Shown here in pieces: positions 34,401 through 44,581 of a stretch of DNA of 64,000 bases (position 1 is the first letter of the stretch; every line of letters starts with the position of its first letter). The notes below the pieces were generated by a model. That model searched no databases. It was not told the DNA's origin and saw only the letters and a program-made list of their open reading frames with translations. Origin of the DNA: Schmidtea polychroa (taxonomy: Eukaryota); the NCBI GenBank assembly GCA_044892525.1, contig CM097888.1:46190001-46254000 (forward strand), read 5' to 3'. The translations under genes were made by a program, and so were the position numbers.

Positions 34401-37158
34401 TTGGAGCTATTGATTTTTTTGACTTTCTGCCAGGCCTCGATTTCTGAGATACTTCCAATTGATTTTCTGAAAATTCCTCAGCTTCTTGCTCCATTTCGAA
34501 CAATTCCTCTTCTGATTGCATCATTACTGGAGCCATAGATTGTTTCGACTTTCTACCGCTCTTCGATTTTTGTGAAACTTCCAACTGATTATCTACTTCG
34601 ACAATTTCATCTTGTTTGTCCTCTGATTGGATCATTACTGGATCAATTGATTTTTTCGATTTTCTACCACGCTTCGATTTTTGTGATACTTCCAATTGAT
34701 TATCTACTTCATCAATTTCATCTTGTTTGTCCTCTGATTGAATCATTACTGAAGCCATTAATTTTTTCGACTTTCTGCCGCGCTTCGACTTCTGTGATAC
34801 TTCCAATTGAATTTCTGACGATTCCTCAGCTTCTTGGTCAATTTCGAACAATTCCTCTCCTGATTGGATCGTTACTGAAGCCATTGATTTTTTCGATTTT
34901 CTTCCGCGCTTCGATTTTTGTGATATTTCAAATTGATTTTCTGACGATTCGCCAGCTTCTTGCTCCATTTCGAACAATTCCTCTTCTGATTGCATCATTA
35001 CTGGAGCCATAGATTGTTTCGACTTTCTACCGCGCTTCGATTTTTGTGAAACTTCCAACTGATTATCTACTTCGACAATTTCATCTTGTTTGTCCTCTGA
35101 TTGGATCATTACTGGAGCTATTGATTTTTTCGATTTTCTTCCGCGCTTCGATTTCTGTGATACTTCCAATTGATTTTCTACTTCGACAATTTCATCTGGA
35201 TCATCTTCAGGTTGGATCATTACTGAAGCCATTGATTTTTTCGACTTTCTGCCGCGCTCCGATTTCTGTGATATTTCTAATTGAATTTCTGACAATTCCT
35301 CAGCTTCTTGGTTAATTTCGAACAATTCCTCTCCTGATTGGATCGTTACTGGAGCCATTGATTTTTTCGATTTTCTACCACGCTTCGATTTTTGTGAAAC
35401 TTTCAATTGATTTTCTTGTTCACCTTCTGATTGGACCATTACTTGAGCCATAGATTGTTTCGACTTTCTGCCGCGCTTCGACTTATATGATACTTCCAAT
35501 TGAATTTCTGACGATTCCTCAGCTTCTTGGTCAATTTCGAACAATTCCTCTTCTGATTGGATTATTACTCGACCAATTGATTTTTTCGATTTGCTAACGC
35601 GCTTAGATTTTTGTGAAACTTCTAATTGATTATCTACTTCATCAATTTCATCTTGTTCCTCTTCTGATTGAATCATTACTTGAGCCATGGATTCTTTCGA
35701 CTTTCTACCGCGCTTCGATTTTTGTGATACCTCCAATCGATTATCTACTTCATCAATTTCATCTTGTTCCTCTTTTGATTGGATCATTACTGAAGCCATT
35801 GATTTTTTCGACTTTCTGTCACGCTTCGATTTCGATACTTCCAATTGATTTTCTGAAGATTCCTCAGCTTCTTGATCGATTTCGAACAATTCCTCTTCTG
35901 ATTGGATTATTACTGGGCCTAATGAATTTTTCGGCTTCCTACCGCGCATTGAGTTTTGTGATAATTCCAATTTATTTTCTACTTTATAAATTTCATCTTG
36001 ATCATGTTCTGATAGAATCATTACTGGAGTTATTGATTTTTTCGATTTTCTTCCGCGCTTCGATTTTTGTGATAATTCCAATTTATCTGCCGTGAACTGT
36101 CTCGCGTCTTGGTCCATGTCATGGATGGACTCCGGGATGTCAAACAGCTCCCGTATTCCTTGCAGATTTAACGACTTCCTCGTATCGGATTGGCGTGAAT
36201 TCTGTGAACTGATGGGATGGGCAAATCTATTATCTGCTGTCAGTTCCCCGGCGCCTGGGATCATATCGATATCGGTATGCAATGCAGAATTTGTATTTCT
36301 CGACGACCTGATGAGTTGCCTGAATTTCGTTAGACTATTTGAAAGTGGAAAGTCGATATCCTTTGATTTTCGATTAATGATCTGCAATATTTTCTGCTTC
36401 TGTTCCTTTTCCATTGCCTTAATGTTGTTCAGATTTACACTTTCATTAGCACTGTCCAACTGGCCTACACTTCGGATTGATCTGGAATCTGTGAGAATCG
36501 GTTGGTTCCGTTTGATCTCGTCAGCGGATATCGAATGCTCGTGTTCCTCGGAATATTCATAGGGATCTGTCGAGGTCCTTTGCAATATTCTGCGTTTTGC
36601 CGGTACCATGTAATGTATTGGCGACTCAATATTCGATAGGCGAGCTTTTGCCATTGCTTTGTCAGTGAACGAATCATTGATTGGCTCGTTGTCAGAAAGC
36701 GAGAATGATGAAATGGAATTATCGTCGTTAATAATTCCCACAGAACTTCCACGTGGTACAATACTGTATTTCCTTTTTGTGACTTTGCTACTGTCGGAAT
36801 CAACGGTTGTCATCGGCGTTGCACCTTTTTTAATTGGTTGAGCCGGTGGCATTTCCTGATCAAATGTTTCCGGGCTTAAATTCGGCCCAAATGATACACT
36901 TTTCAACAATTTGTTGTCTATTTTGCTTTTCCTTTTATTTTTGTCAATCGATTTATTGTGAATTGGAGTTATAAATGGACGGACATTCAATCGTTTGACC
37001 GGTAATATTGTGCTAATTTTTGTATTTGTGAACGTTATTGGTGAAACAGTTGGACTATTTGTCCTGTGACAATGTACTAAATACATTGGATGTTTTGGTG
37101 TTGACATAGCTAACGAAGTTGGAAACTGTTGACCAAGATGCCCCTTTATTTTACTATC
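28405..37158 (-). CDS. MKI67: Ki-67-like gene, giant terminal exon (PP1-binding motif, tandem repeats, basic C-terminus); total protein ~3029 aa
   Basis: Acceptor TTTAG at 37159, in frame with the 2900-aa ORF. KSVSFGPNLSPETFDQEMPPAQPIKKGATP matches the Ki-67/RepoMan PP1-binding domain; LQGIRELFDIP resembles the FKELF Ki-67 motif; ends TRTRSKKM. Confidence 0.82.
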   Translation of the reverse strand, partial: DSKIKGHLGQQFPTSLAMSTPKHPMYLVHCHRTNSPTVSPITFTNTKISTILPVKRLNVRPFITPIHNKSIDKNKRKSKIDNKLLKSVSFGPNLSPETFDQEMPPAQPIKKGATPMTTVDSDSSKVTKRKYSIVPRGSSVGIINDDNSISSFSLSDNEPINDSFTDKAMAKARLSNIESPIHYMVPAKRRILQRTSTDPYEYSEEHEHSISADEIKRNQPILTDSRSIRSVGQLDSANESVNLNNIKAMEKEQKQKILQIINRKSKDIDFPLSNSLTKFRQLIRSSRNTNSALHTDIDMIPGAGELTADNRFAHPISSQNSRQSDTRKSLNLQGIRELFDIPESIHDMDQDARQFTADKLELSQKSKRGRKSKKSITPVMILSEHDQDEIYKVENKLELSQNSMRGRKPKNSLGPVIIQSEEELFEIDQEAEESSENQLEVSKSKRDRKSKKSMASVMIQSKEEQDEIDEVDNRLEVSQKSKRGRKSKESMAQVMIQSEEEQDEIDEVDNQLEVSQKSKRVSKSKKSIGRVIIQSEEELFEIDQEAEESSEIQLEVSYKSKRGRKSKQSMAQVMVQSEGEQENQLKVSQKSKRGRKSKKSMAPVTIQSGEELFEINQEAEELSEIQLEISQKSERGRKSKKSMASVMIQPEDDPDEIVEVENQLEVSQKSKRGRKSKKSIAPVMIQSEDKQDEIVEVDNQLEVSQKSKRGRKSKQSMAPVMMQSEEELFEMEQEAGESSENQFEISQKSKRGRKSKKSMASVTIQSGEELFEIDQEAEESSEIQLEVSQKSKRGRKSKKLMASVMIQSEDKQDEIDEVDNQLEVSQKSKRGRKSKKSIDPVMIQSEDKQDEIVEVDNQLEVSQKSKSGRKSKQSMAPVMMQSEEELFEMEQEAEEFSENQLEVSQKSRPGRKSKKSIAPIMIQSEEELFEMEQEPEESSENQLEISQKSKRGRKSKKSIAPVMIQSEEELFEMEQEPEESSENQLEISQKSKRGRKSKKSIAPVMIQSEDEQDEIVEVENQLEVSQKTKRGRKSKKYLAPVMMESEDEQDEIVEVENQLEVSQKTKRGRKSKKSIAPVMIQSEDEQDEIVEVENQLEVSQKTKRGRKSKKSIAPVMIQSEDEQDEIVEVENQLEVSQKSKRGRKSKISIGPVMIQSEEELFEIDQEAEEYSEIQLEVSRKSKRGRKSKKSMALVMIQSEDDQDEIDVDNKLEVSQKSKRGRKSKESMAQVMIQSEDEQDEIDQEAEESLENQLEISQKSKRGRKSKKSMAPVMIQSEEEQDEIDQIENQLIDGIDQEAEESLENQLEISQKSKRGRKSKKSMAPVMIQSEEEQDEIDQIENQLIDGIDQEAEESLENQLEISQKSKRGRKSKKSMAPVMIQSKEEQDEIDQIENQLIDGIDQETEESLENQLEVSQKSKRGRKSKKSIGPVMIQLEEEQDEIDQIENQLIDGIDQEAEESLENQLEISQKSKRGRKSKKSMAPVMIQSKEEQDEIDQIENQLIDGIDQETEESLENQLEVSQKSKRGRKSKKSIGPVMIQLEEEQDEIDQIENQLIDGIDQEAEESLENQLEISQKSKRGRKSKKSMAPVMIQSEEEQDEIDQIENQLIDGIDQEAEESLENQLEISQKSKRGRKSKKSMAPVMIQSKEEQDEIDQIENQLIDGIDQEAEESLENQLEVSQKSKRGRKSKKSIGPVMIQLEEEQDEIDQIENQLIDGIDQEAEESLENQLEISQKSKRGRKSKKSMAPVMIQSKEEQDEIDQIENQLIDGIDQETEESLENQLEVSQKSKRGRKSKKSIGPVMIQLEEEQDEIDQIENQLIDGIDYVENQFEVSQKSKGSRKSKKSIGLVMNQSEEELLELAQEAEESMDQIENQLEVSQKSKRGRISKKSLGPVMIQSEEDQDEIDQLESQFESSEKSARGRKSKKSIDPVTSQIEEDHDEIYHVENELGVSEILQSDADQVEINQVENPLEVSKMIQSDADQVEIDQVENHLEVSEMIQSYEDQVEIDLVENPLEISQKSKRSRKSMKSVDHVLIQSEEKLFDIDQEVQESSENQLELSQKMKKSIDPVMTQSELDQVENQLEVSEMIQSDADQVEIDLVDNQLEVSIKTKGDIKSKKSIASVMIQSEDEIVQETEESSENQLEISQKSMTAEAIISVEEQDYNNQKAGDSLEISTKSPRSKRPNDDQSDFPAPKRLLISAGNNENAVDYGQVIPVESQQVKSTRGRWKNAKNPIDRNIETNQSIANSEVNKSIIENSKRTRGRPKKQINENVDAQSALESEIKYSVSIANSEINNESIHEDIETSSLAITKRTRGRPKKQVNESVNDISSLRSEIIIDLCSSIGNSDSILEHENPVVITKRTRGRQKKQVNENADAQSALESEIDNGKGDENNLVENENPIVITKRTRGRQKKQVNENADAQSTLESEINNGKGDENNLVENENPIVITKGTRGRQKKQVNENADAQSALESEINNGKGDENNLVEEENPIVITKRTRGRQKKQVNENADAQSALESEINNGKGDENNLVENENPIVITKGTRGRQKKQVNENADAQSALESEINNGKGDENNLVEDENPIVITKRTRGRQKKQVNENADAQSALESEINNGKGDENNLVEDENPVVITKRTRGRQKKPIIESATETIEPIENNQYIPKTRGEYKEKADEKVNQEIVQNRVNSNQNEIVNSLPVRTTRARKNIDISDNSKSITDENISDINKAEIVIPKNKRGRQKKSIGNNVLSNDEITGDIFLSNINFDEFKKPPTVIKRNYKKKTNETNIITSSESSSTAQSVTFESIQEDIDNRSKKSTRNIHVVENVKNFNDKENVIINKNGAQKKTRSAVKIIENQSKLSDSETVNLKSIPKKRGQSKIPDDSEIPIKMSRINILTENKNTGNSEFSGVQTRTRSKKM
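29225..30100 (-). repeat. Coding tandem repeat, 135-bp (45-aa) unit, ~6.5 copies
   Basis: ACGAG anchor recurs at 29251, 29386, 29521...; unit TKRTRGRQKKQVNENADAQSALESEINNGKGDENNLVEDENPIVI. Confidence 0.93.
31650..33430 (-). repeat. Coding tandem repeat, 159-bp (53-aa) unit, ~11 near-identical copies; shorter related units continue to ~36050
   Basis: Unit ENQLEISQKSKRGRKSKKSMAPVMIQSEEEQDEIDQIENQLIDGIDQEAEESL; period confirmed at 31688/31847. Confidence 0.93.
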
Positions 37159-37261
37159 CTAAATAAATACGAATTATAAATATACATAGTTTAATAATTC
37201 AAATTTATGAAATGTAAATCATAAAATGATTTGAATTTAATAGAATGAAAATGAATGTCAC

Positions 37262-37502
37262 CTCTTTTCTATACCAGTTTGATGTTTGTGGATATTGAAA
37301 ACGAATAAAAGATTTTCCAACTGTGAAAACTGAATTATGATTTAGTATACAAGATTTAGTAATTTCAATATCGTCTAAAAATGTTTTATATTGATTTGAT
37401 CCTACATGTGTTAAAGATGCTTGTTCATCTTTTAATAGTTTTAAAGTGCAATGCTTAGTATCAATTGATTCAGATAAAATACAAATATCACAATCATCGT
37501 GG
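37262..37502 (-). CDS. MKI67: Ki-67-like gene exon 2 (FHA domain)
   Basis: HDDCDICILSESIDTKHCTL...ILNHNSVFTVGKSFIRFQY resembles the Ki-67 FHA (CDIRIQLPVVSKQHC...LKHGDVITIIDRSFRYE); phase 0 donor. Confidence 0.82.
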
Positions 37503-37545
37503 CTAAAATGACATGAAAAAGTGGTAATGTTAAAAAACCTGTTAC

Positions 37546-37640
37546 CTTCCAATTGTGAATGTCGATTTATACCATTTTATTGTTGCACCTTCTAATCCTT
37601 CTTGGTTTAGAAATGTTAGTTGTCCATTTACCTTCTCCAT
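37546..37640 (-). CDS. MKI67: Ki-67-like gene exon 1 (start of FHA domain)
   Basis: MEKVNGQLTFLNQEGLEGATIKWYKSTFTIG, then phase-2 donor GTAACAG and a 43-nt intron. Confidence 0.8.
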
Positions 37641-40600
37641 CTAATATTTTTGAAATTAAATTAAAAGATAGTTTAAAATAAAAAGAAATTTACCTAAAAT
37701 GAAATAAAGATTATAAATAAATATTACTAAAATCGAAATAAATTTATATTTGGTGTATTAAAACAAAACTTTGTTAGTTAAATAAAGAAAACTTTTAAAC
37801 ATTATTTTTAAATTTCGAAAATTTATTAATAACTTGCGAAATTCAATTTTTCAAAATCAGAATATATTCAATTTACAGTTTTCAGAATTTCAAAGTTTTG
37901 TGTTAATTTAAAAAAGCAATTTTAGCTTAAAAGAAAATTATTATTTTGAAAAAATTGGAAAAAAACACAAAAAATTTATTGATGCTCAATTTAATATTCA
38001 ACTCCTAACAAACTTCACTTTTCAATTGCTCGCAAGTTCTATAGCACTTCACAAGATATTTGTCTTCAGAGAATAAAAGGTTCTGTTATATTGCGGCACT
38101 CAACGGATTTACTAATCATTTAGTCTATTAGTTTATTAATAGCAAGTCTGGAAAGGACACATTTCCAACTTAGAAAGGTTTTAATAAGTGAATAATTTAA
38201 TTACCCTTTAAGTTTTGTTCTTTTTTTATTAAATATAATTTTTTAAAGTTTTAATATTTGTCCTAAAATTTTTATTAAAAGTTACAAAAGTTTCGTACAT
38301 TTTGCAGTCTAAATGATAATATCAATAGAACATTTTCAAAACTAATAGATATTATTTAAAATTACTATTTTATTATTTAACAAGATTTATATTTGTAATA
38401 TTAAAGTTCGTAGCATGTGTTTTTCACAATTTTAAAAGGGGCCTCATTTAATTGGTTTTCAAGTATGGATGGTATATGCATGTATTAATATATAGTACTT
38501 GTATGACAGCATGTAAAAGTAAATTCATAGGTAGAAATTATATCGACTCTATTTTAAGTGCGGGTTAAATGTGAAAAATTTTACCTTTTATGGAAGTTAT
38601 TGAAATTTATAAGGTGCGGGTAATACGCAAGAAATTACTGTAAATAAAAGTTGGGTGATCATTATTAATAATTTCCATAAAAGTTACAGTTATGAATATT
38701 ATTGTAAAGATTGCTATAAATTATTATGTGAAATATATGATATTTATATGTAATCAAAATGTATAATTACTTTCGTACTTACAACTATAGCTTTTGTTGA
38801 TTGATTCTAACGGTTTTATATTTATTATTTAGATATTAATTATTAGTAAAAACCTTGAAGACTATGAATCAGTAAATATATCAAAAGCATCGATATATTT
38901 ACTGATTCGAGATTTTTAACTATATACAATAGAAAAGAAATCTGTGGTGAAATTTGTACAAAAAGTTCTTATAATACTAGTAAATTGTTAAAAATATTAT
39001 TTCTATAAATATTTCGATATGTTATCTCTGATTATAATTACAATTTCGTAATTTCCGGTACTTTTGTTGATGTTAATTATGACAAATAAACAGTTTTGCA
39101 TGTCTTTTTTATATACTTTAGTGAGAAAATGGCCGCATATTCTTTATTTATGATCATTTCTAGGTTTGACGTGCTAGATTTACTTCAGGTTTCCTCTTTA
39201 CGATCACTACTGACAGTTCTAGATATCCATTTAATCGTCTATCAGTTTGTGGAACCATGAGCATTGAAACTGAAATCTGATTCCAAAGTTCAGCACAGAA
39301 CCTTGCCAGATCTGTTTCTCCAAATGTATCCTCCGATATTCGGTGCTCTAAATATATACACAAACATATCAATAAGGTGACTCCATCTCGTTTTCCATAT
39401 ACAATCTGTAATAATTTGCTATGAAAGTCATAAAAAAAGCAGTACAGAAAATCAATAAATAACTAATTTTTAGAATTTGAATTTTGAAAATGAGTTAAGG
39501 ATAGATAAACTTATATTTAATAACACATTGAAAATGGATTGATTCTAAAACATTTAGAATAGTTCGGAACATTAAAAGTACTAACAAAACAAAATCTGAT
39601 TCATTAATAAATTAAGAAAAACAGAAAACAAAGGGAGGAACTGCAATGACAGAATCACAGAACTTTGGGGGTTGTCAATAAGTAAATTATTACCAAAAGT
39701 ATAAAAGAGTGGTAGAAATTTCAGAAATTCGATAAATTTTTTCGATATGGTAGAAAAATTTAGTAAATCAAGTTGAATTTTCAAATATATTTAAAACGAA
39801 TAAAAAGAGCGGCAAAACAAAAAGGATCGATCTATTTCAGTAAGAAATTAGATTATTAAAAAACAACGGTTATTGTTGTACAAACTAAAGTCATGCCATT
39901 TCATAACAAAGCTCATTCAAACAGTTAAGGAACCTATATTTTTCATTAGTAGGTATTAGTGAAATGTATATTTTACTCGTCATTTGTAATATAAACTGGA
40001 ATATAAACATTCCTTGAGAGACTAATTGTCTATTTTATTAGATGAACATGAAGAGTCATAAGAAATTTGACTTCACTAATTTATCACTTAAAAATCAAAA
40101 ATTTTATTAATCACGCGAGGAATCATATTTATAACATTGAAAAGCTTTGCAAATGTCTTTAGGGTTTTTCGTCATATTTAGGCAACAAATGATAATTTTA
40201 ATTTGTTCTATTTGAAGGTTATAAAATTTTCGTACTTGTAAAACACATATTATTAAAAATTGAACAATTGTAAATAATATAAAAGTAATTTTTGAAGCAT
40301 ATTTGACATGCTAAATAAGTTATTTTAATAATTGAAAATTTTGAAAATTAGAAGTTAAAATGAACAAAGAACTTTAGTTTGTTTATATATAACTCAATTT
40401 ACAAAGTCTTCATTTTAGTTAAATGAACTAATAATTTTATATTTATTTTTTATTTAGAATACATTTTCATTTCTCTGAAGTTTTGAAGAATTCTTAAATA
40501 TTTTATCAGTAGGTTTATAGTAAAATTTCGCTTTATACGATATCAATATGAATAAAACAAAGTAAACTTTTACAAAAGTTACTAATGCTTTTAATTTTGA

Positions 40601-42734
40601 ACTAGAATTCAAATAAGCTAATTTTGAAATTGAAATTTGATGGTATTAGTACGTATTTTATTTAGAAAACTAAGTGAACTATTATTCAACTAAGAATCGA
40701 TGTTTCTTAAGGTTATGTTTATTTTATTTTTATCAGATTATTAAACTCAATATAATTTATCTTTATTGTTTTCTTTATTATAAAAATTATTTTTTGTTCG
40801 TTGAATATTTAAAATTGCGTGTTTGATTTAATCGTTTATTTTGTAAGCGTGATATATATGATTGCCAATTTTTGGCTATCTCTTAAACACTTATTAATAT
40901 TTTTGGCGATCGATAATTTACCAGTATTTATCTAACAAGATTCCGAGTGGTCGTTCCCGAGACATAGAGTTAGATAGATAGTGAACTGGTTCTTTTGACG
41001 AATGTGATCTGATTCTTTACTTAACATTGTTTTAGATTAATTTTAAACTCATTGGTATTTCCAATTGATTCAAGAGCTTCAATAGACAAATATTCTAAAA
41101 TATTTTCAATTTGTCATACACAACGTTAATATATCAAATAAATTATACATATCTCTATAAATTGCGCAAAACTTGTGATACGTGAATCAAATATATAGGT
41201 TTCAATAATTAAGATTGAATTTCTATAGCAATATTGACTTCAATTCGTTGGTTGATTAAGATGTAGAATATCAAGATTTGATACTCATCAATAAATACAT
41301 CTAATGCTTATATAATGAAACTGAATTGGATATAATTATACTAGATCAGACATGCAAATAATTTTCATTGTTCCACAAAACTTGTGCCAAGAAAATTAAT
41401 AATCTAAATGGATGAAATTTCATTCGAATAAATTATTCAATTCAATAGTTATTTATAATGAATTTTCCAAAACAGTTAGGTTAAGAATGCTTATTGATTA
41501 AATTCGTTTTCAATCTTTACTCAAAATTCAAAGGTCCAATACTATATTAATATATCATCATACATATAAATGACGTAATAATATCGAAGTTACTTAACGT
41601 CATACTCGCAGGGGTACCCCACATAAATATTACATGATACTATATATCATGAGATATATCAATATTAGGGATTCTTTAAGTTTGTCATTCAAATTCCCGC
41701 ATTGTGACCTGTAAATATGAATTCCAATGTATCCTAATGGTTTTCGCATTTCTATTCTTATTTCATGTCATTTTTTATGATATCTATATTTTCTGTTATT
41801 TTTTGATTGTTTATCCCTGCTAATAGTTTTATTTTTTTAATCCTTGTTTATCTGGTACTATCACTTGCTTTTTAAAATTAAATTTCTCTCTCGTCATCTT
41901 TCTATTTGAGTACTTCCATTACCTACTAATATCCAAGCCTTTTGGTGGGTTACAGGTGGTCAGACATTTCACCCTTTCGTGCTGTTTCCAGCGTAACCCA
42001 GAATACAAGCTTGATTTTGCCAATTGACACCCGATGAGCGATCACCGTTGGTACTGTGTCAACTGGGTGAGTACTCCCAAGAAGTGAGTGCACTACTTGC
42101 ACTATAATTGTCAAGCACTCTTTGGGTCCACGGACTATCGGTAGAAGATTTGTGTCCGATTTCATTGGTCCCCTACTTCTATTGTTTTCCCAAAAACGGC
42201 ATGCACATCTCATCACTCATCTTCATCATTCAACATACAAGAATTCAACTTCAACTATCTACACTTTTATTTCTATCCATCGGTCCTGTACATGAACCGT
42301 CAAGTAGCACTGACTTTCTTGCCTCTTCTTCTAGTCTTTGTTCTGCTAGCCTCAGTCGTTTGAGTCCCTGTCCTTCCGGAGTCCTTCGAACAGTTTGTAC
42401 ACTGAATTGAAATATATAATCAACCGACTTTTACCGTATTTTTATCTCCTTATAATTGCCGGTCCCTATGAAACGAAACTCGGGTACCCATATCCGAGGA
42501 ACTACGCCCATTTGAGTGGAATATAACACTAAAGTCCTACGGGTGAGTATAATTTCTCCGTCGAGTTGATAGTCAAGATGATAACGCCTCGATTAGCATA
42601 ACTTTCGCAAAGTAAATTATTAAAATAATAACATGTAGATTGACATAACGAAACAAAGAAAACAATACGTTTATTAAGCAAAGGGTCGTGGAAAATCACT
42701 AAAGTCAAAATGAAATGGACGACCGTCCCCGAGA

Positions 42735-43088
42735 TCACCGAGATCTCAGTTTCGGGGAGCCTTCTTGCGGGGTCGGCCCCACTTCCTCTATTGGCCGACC
42801 AGTTTCGACGGCACGGAGCTGAGCCTCGATCAGACGAAGTTCACACTGAGCTCTAATAATGGCACTCATGGTCCGGTCTCTGGCCTCGACGATCCAATTG
42901 TTGTCCGGCTCGGTCTTTACCCACACCGGTGCGTTTGTCTCGGGGCCTCCCCGGATCACTCGATTTGTGCAATCCAGGTCCCGTCCCTGGCTCCACCGGT
43001 GGATGTGGTGCCAAATGTACCTGGAGAGGAGGCGCTCATCCGTTGCCTCACATTGATCAACTTCACTTGGCGCTCTGGAGTTTGACAT
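42735..43088 (-). CDS. Unknown 117-aa ORF in a GC-rich, LTR-like island
   Basis: ATG preceded by GC-box and TATA-like sequence (GGGCGTGGTTAAAAAG) and followed by AATAAA; no recognisable domain. Confidence 0.35.
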   Translation of the reverse strand: MSNSRAPSEVDQCEATDERLLSRYIWHHIHRWSQGRDLDCTNRVIRGGPETNAPVWVKTEPDNNWIVEARDRTMSAIIRAQCELRLIEAQLRAVETGRPIEEVGPTPQEGSPKLRSR

Positions 43089-43304
43089 TCTAAATGGTTA
43101 TGGATAAATATCTTTCTAATTCCGGTGATCGACTTTTTAACCACGCCCTTTTGCCCCTTACATAATCTTTATATATAATATATACTATTATACTTATACT
43201 ACTTATAAAATTACAATTTAATTACATATTAATTCATTTATATGTAGGACCCATTAGGTTTAAGAAATAAAGATTATGTAAGGGGCAAAAGGGCGTCTTA
43301 TATA

Positions 43305-43580
43305 TACTATATATAATTAATATACAAATAAGTTACAATTTCTATAAGTAGTATAGGTGTAGTAGTGTAAATGAATAACATGTAATTAAATTGTAATTTT
43401 ATAAGTAGTATACGTATAATAGTATATATAATTAATATACAAATAAGTTACAATTTTTATAAGTAGTATAGGTCTAGTAGTGTAAATTATTAATATGTAA
43501 TTAAATTGTAATTTTATAAGCAGTATAAGTATAATAGTATGTATAATTAATATACAAATAAGTTATAGTTTTATAAGTAG
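43305..43580. repeat. AT-rich tandem repeat, ~118-bp unit, ~2.3 copies
   Basis: Recurring TATAATTAATATACAAATAAGTTAC...GTAATTAAATTGTAATTTTATAAG. Confidence 0.75.
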
Positions 43581-44581
43581 TGTATGCCAAATATAAGTTG
43601 GAAAGAGGGGATAGGTAATTTGCAAGTATGAAAATTTATGTTTCCCATTGGTATCAGTAGGATAAATATAAGTGTAGGTTTATGAGGGCTTATAAAAATA
43701 AGGGGATGTGATTGAAGTTTATAATTTCTCAGAAACATATACCTACAAACAGCATACCTCGGTAATATTAGTATGGATGAATTGGTAAAATCAATTTTAC
43801 AAATGATAAGTACACTAATACCATTATGAATGGCTACATATTGCTGGTTATGAGGACACTCTATAAAATCGCCAACTATAAATTTTTTACCAAAATACAG
43901 ATTAAGTAGTAGTTTGCTTAAGTAACATGAATGGTTGGAGATAGGGTACTATAGGGTTAATCGGTAAACTTATGGTTTGTATATAACATGATCATATTTA
44001 GGTATAGATGGTTAATGGACTTTATAGGCGATATATATGTATAATTTATGGGTTTATTAATAGTTACAAAGAACTTGTGAATTTTATAAGCAATATGTAT
44101 AGTAAAATATTTATGAATACTCTTAGAGGATTTATGAGTTCCATAAGTAAGGTATGTATAATGAATAAACTGATTTGCAATTTTATAAGTAAAAATATAT
44201 GTACAGTAATCTTTTAGTAGTAGTCGTAGATGATCTATAGGTTTTATAAATAAGGTACATATAATTAATATATTTATTAATAGACGTGAATAAGCAATAC
44301 ATTTAATACTAATTCTAGGGGGTTGGTGGGTTTATGAGGGATGCAGGATTGCAATTTATACTTTTATTATAAGTTTTTATAATTTATATTTTTATGAAAA
44401 CCAATTAGTTTAATTTTATAGTTTATATATCAAATTGTAGGTTTTTTATATATGTTTACAATTTATACTTTTATTATAAGTTTTTACAATTTACATTTTT
44501 ATGACTTCCAATTAGTATAATTGTATAAGTTTTATATTTTACTTTTTATGACATCCAATGAGTATGAGGTTATAATTTATA

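Noticed and set aside
29095-36095. Long + strand ORFs (346, 349, 734, 316 aa etc.) opposite the Ki-67-like exon
   Set aside because: They are antisense shadows of stop-poor tandem repeats, giving low-complexity hydrophobic translations with no independent coding signal.
37950-41600. Faint TE traces upstream of the Ki-67-like gene (pogo-like end at ~38615-38641, ORF 39160-39372)
   Set aside because: No paired TIRs, TSDs or convincing protein motifs.
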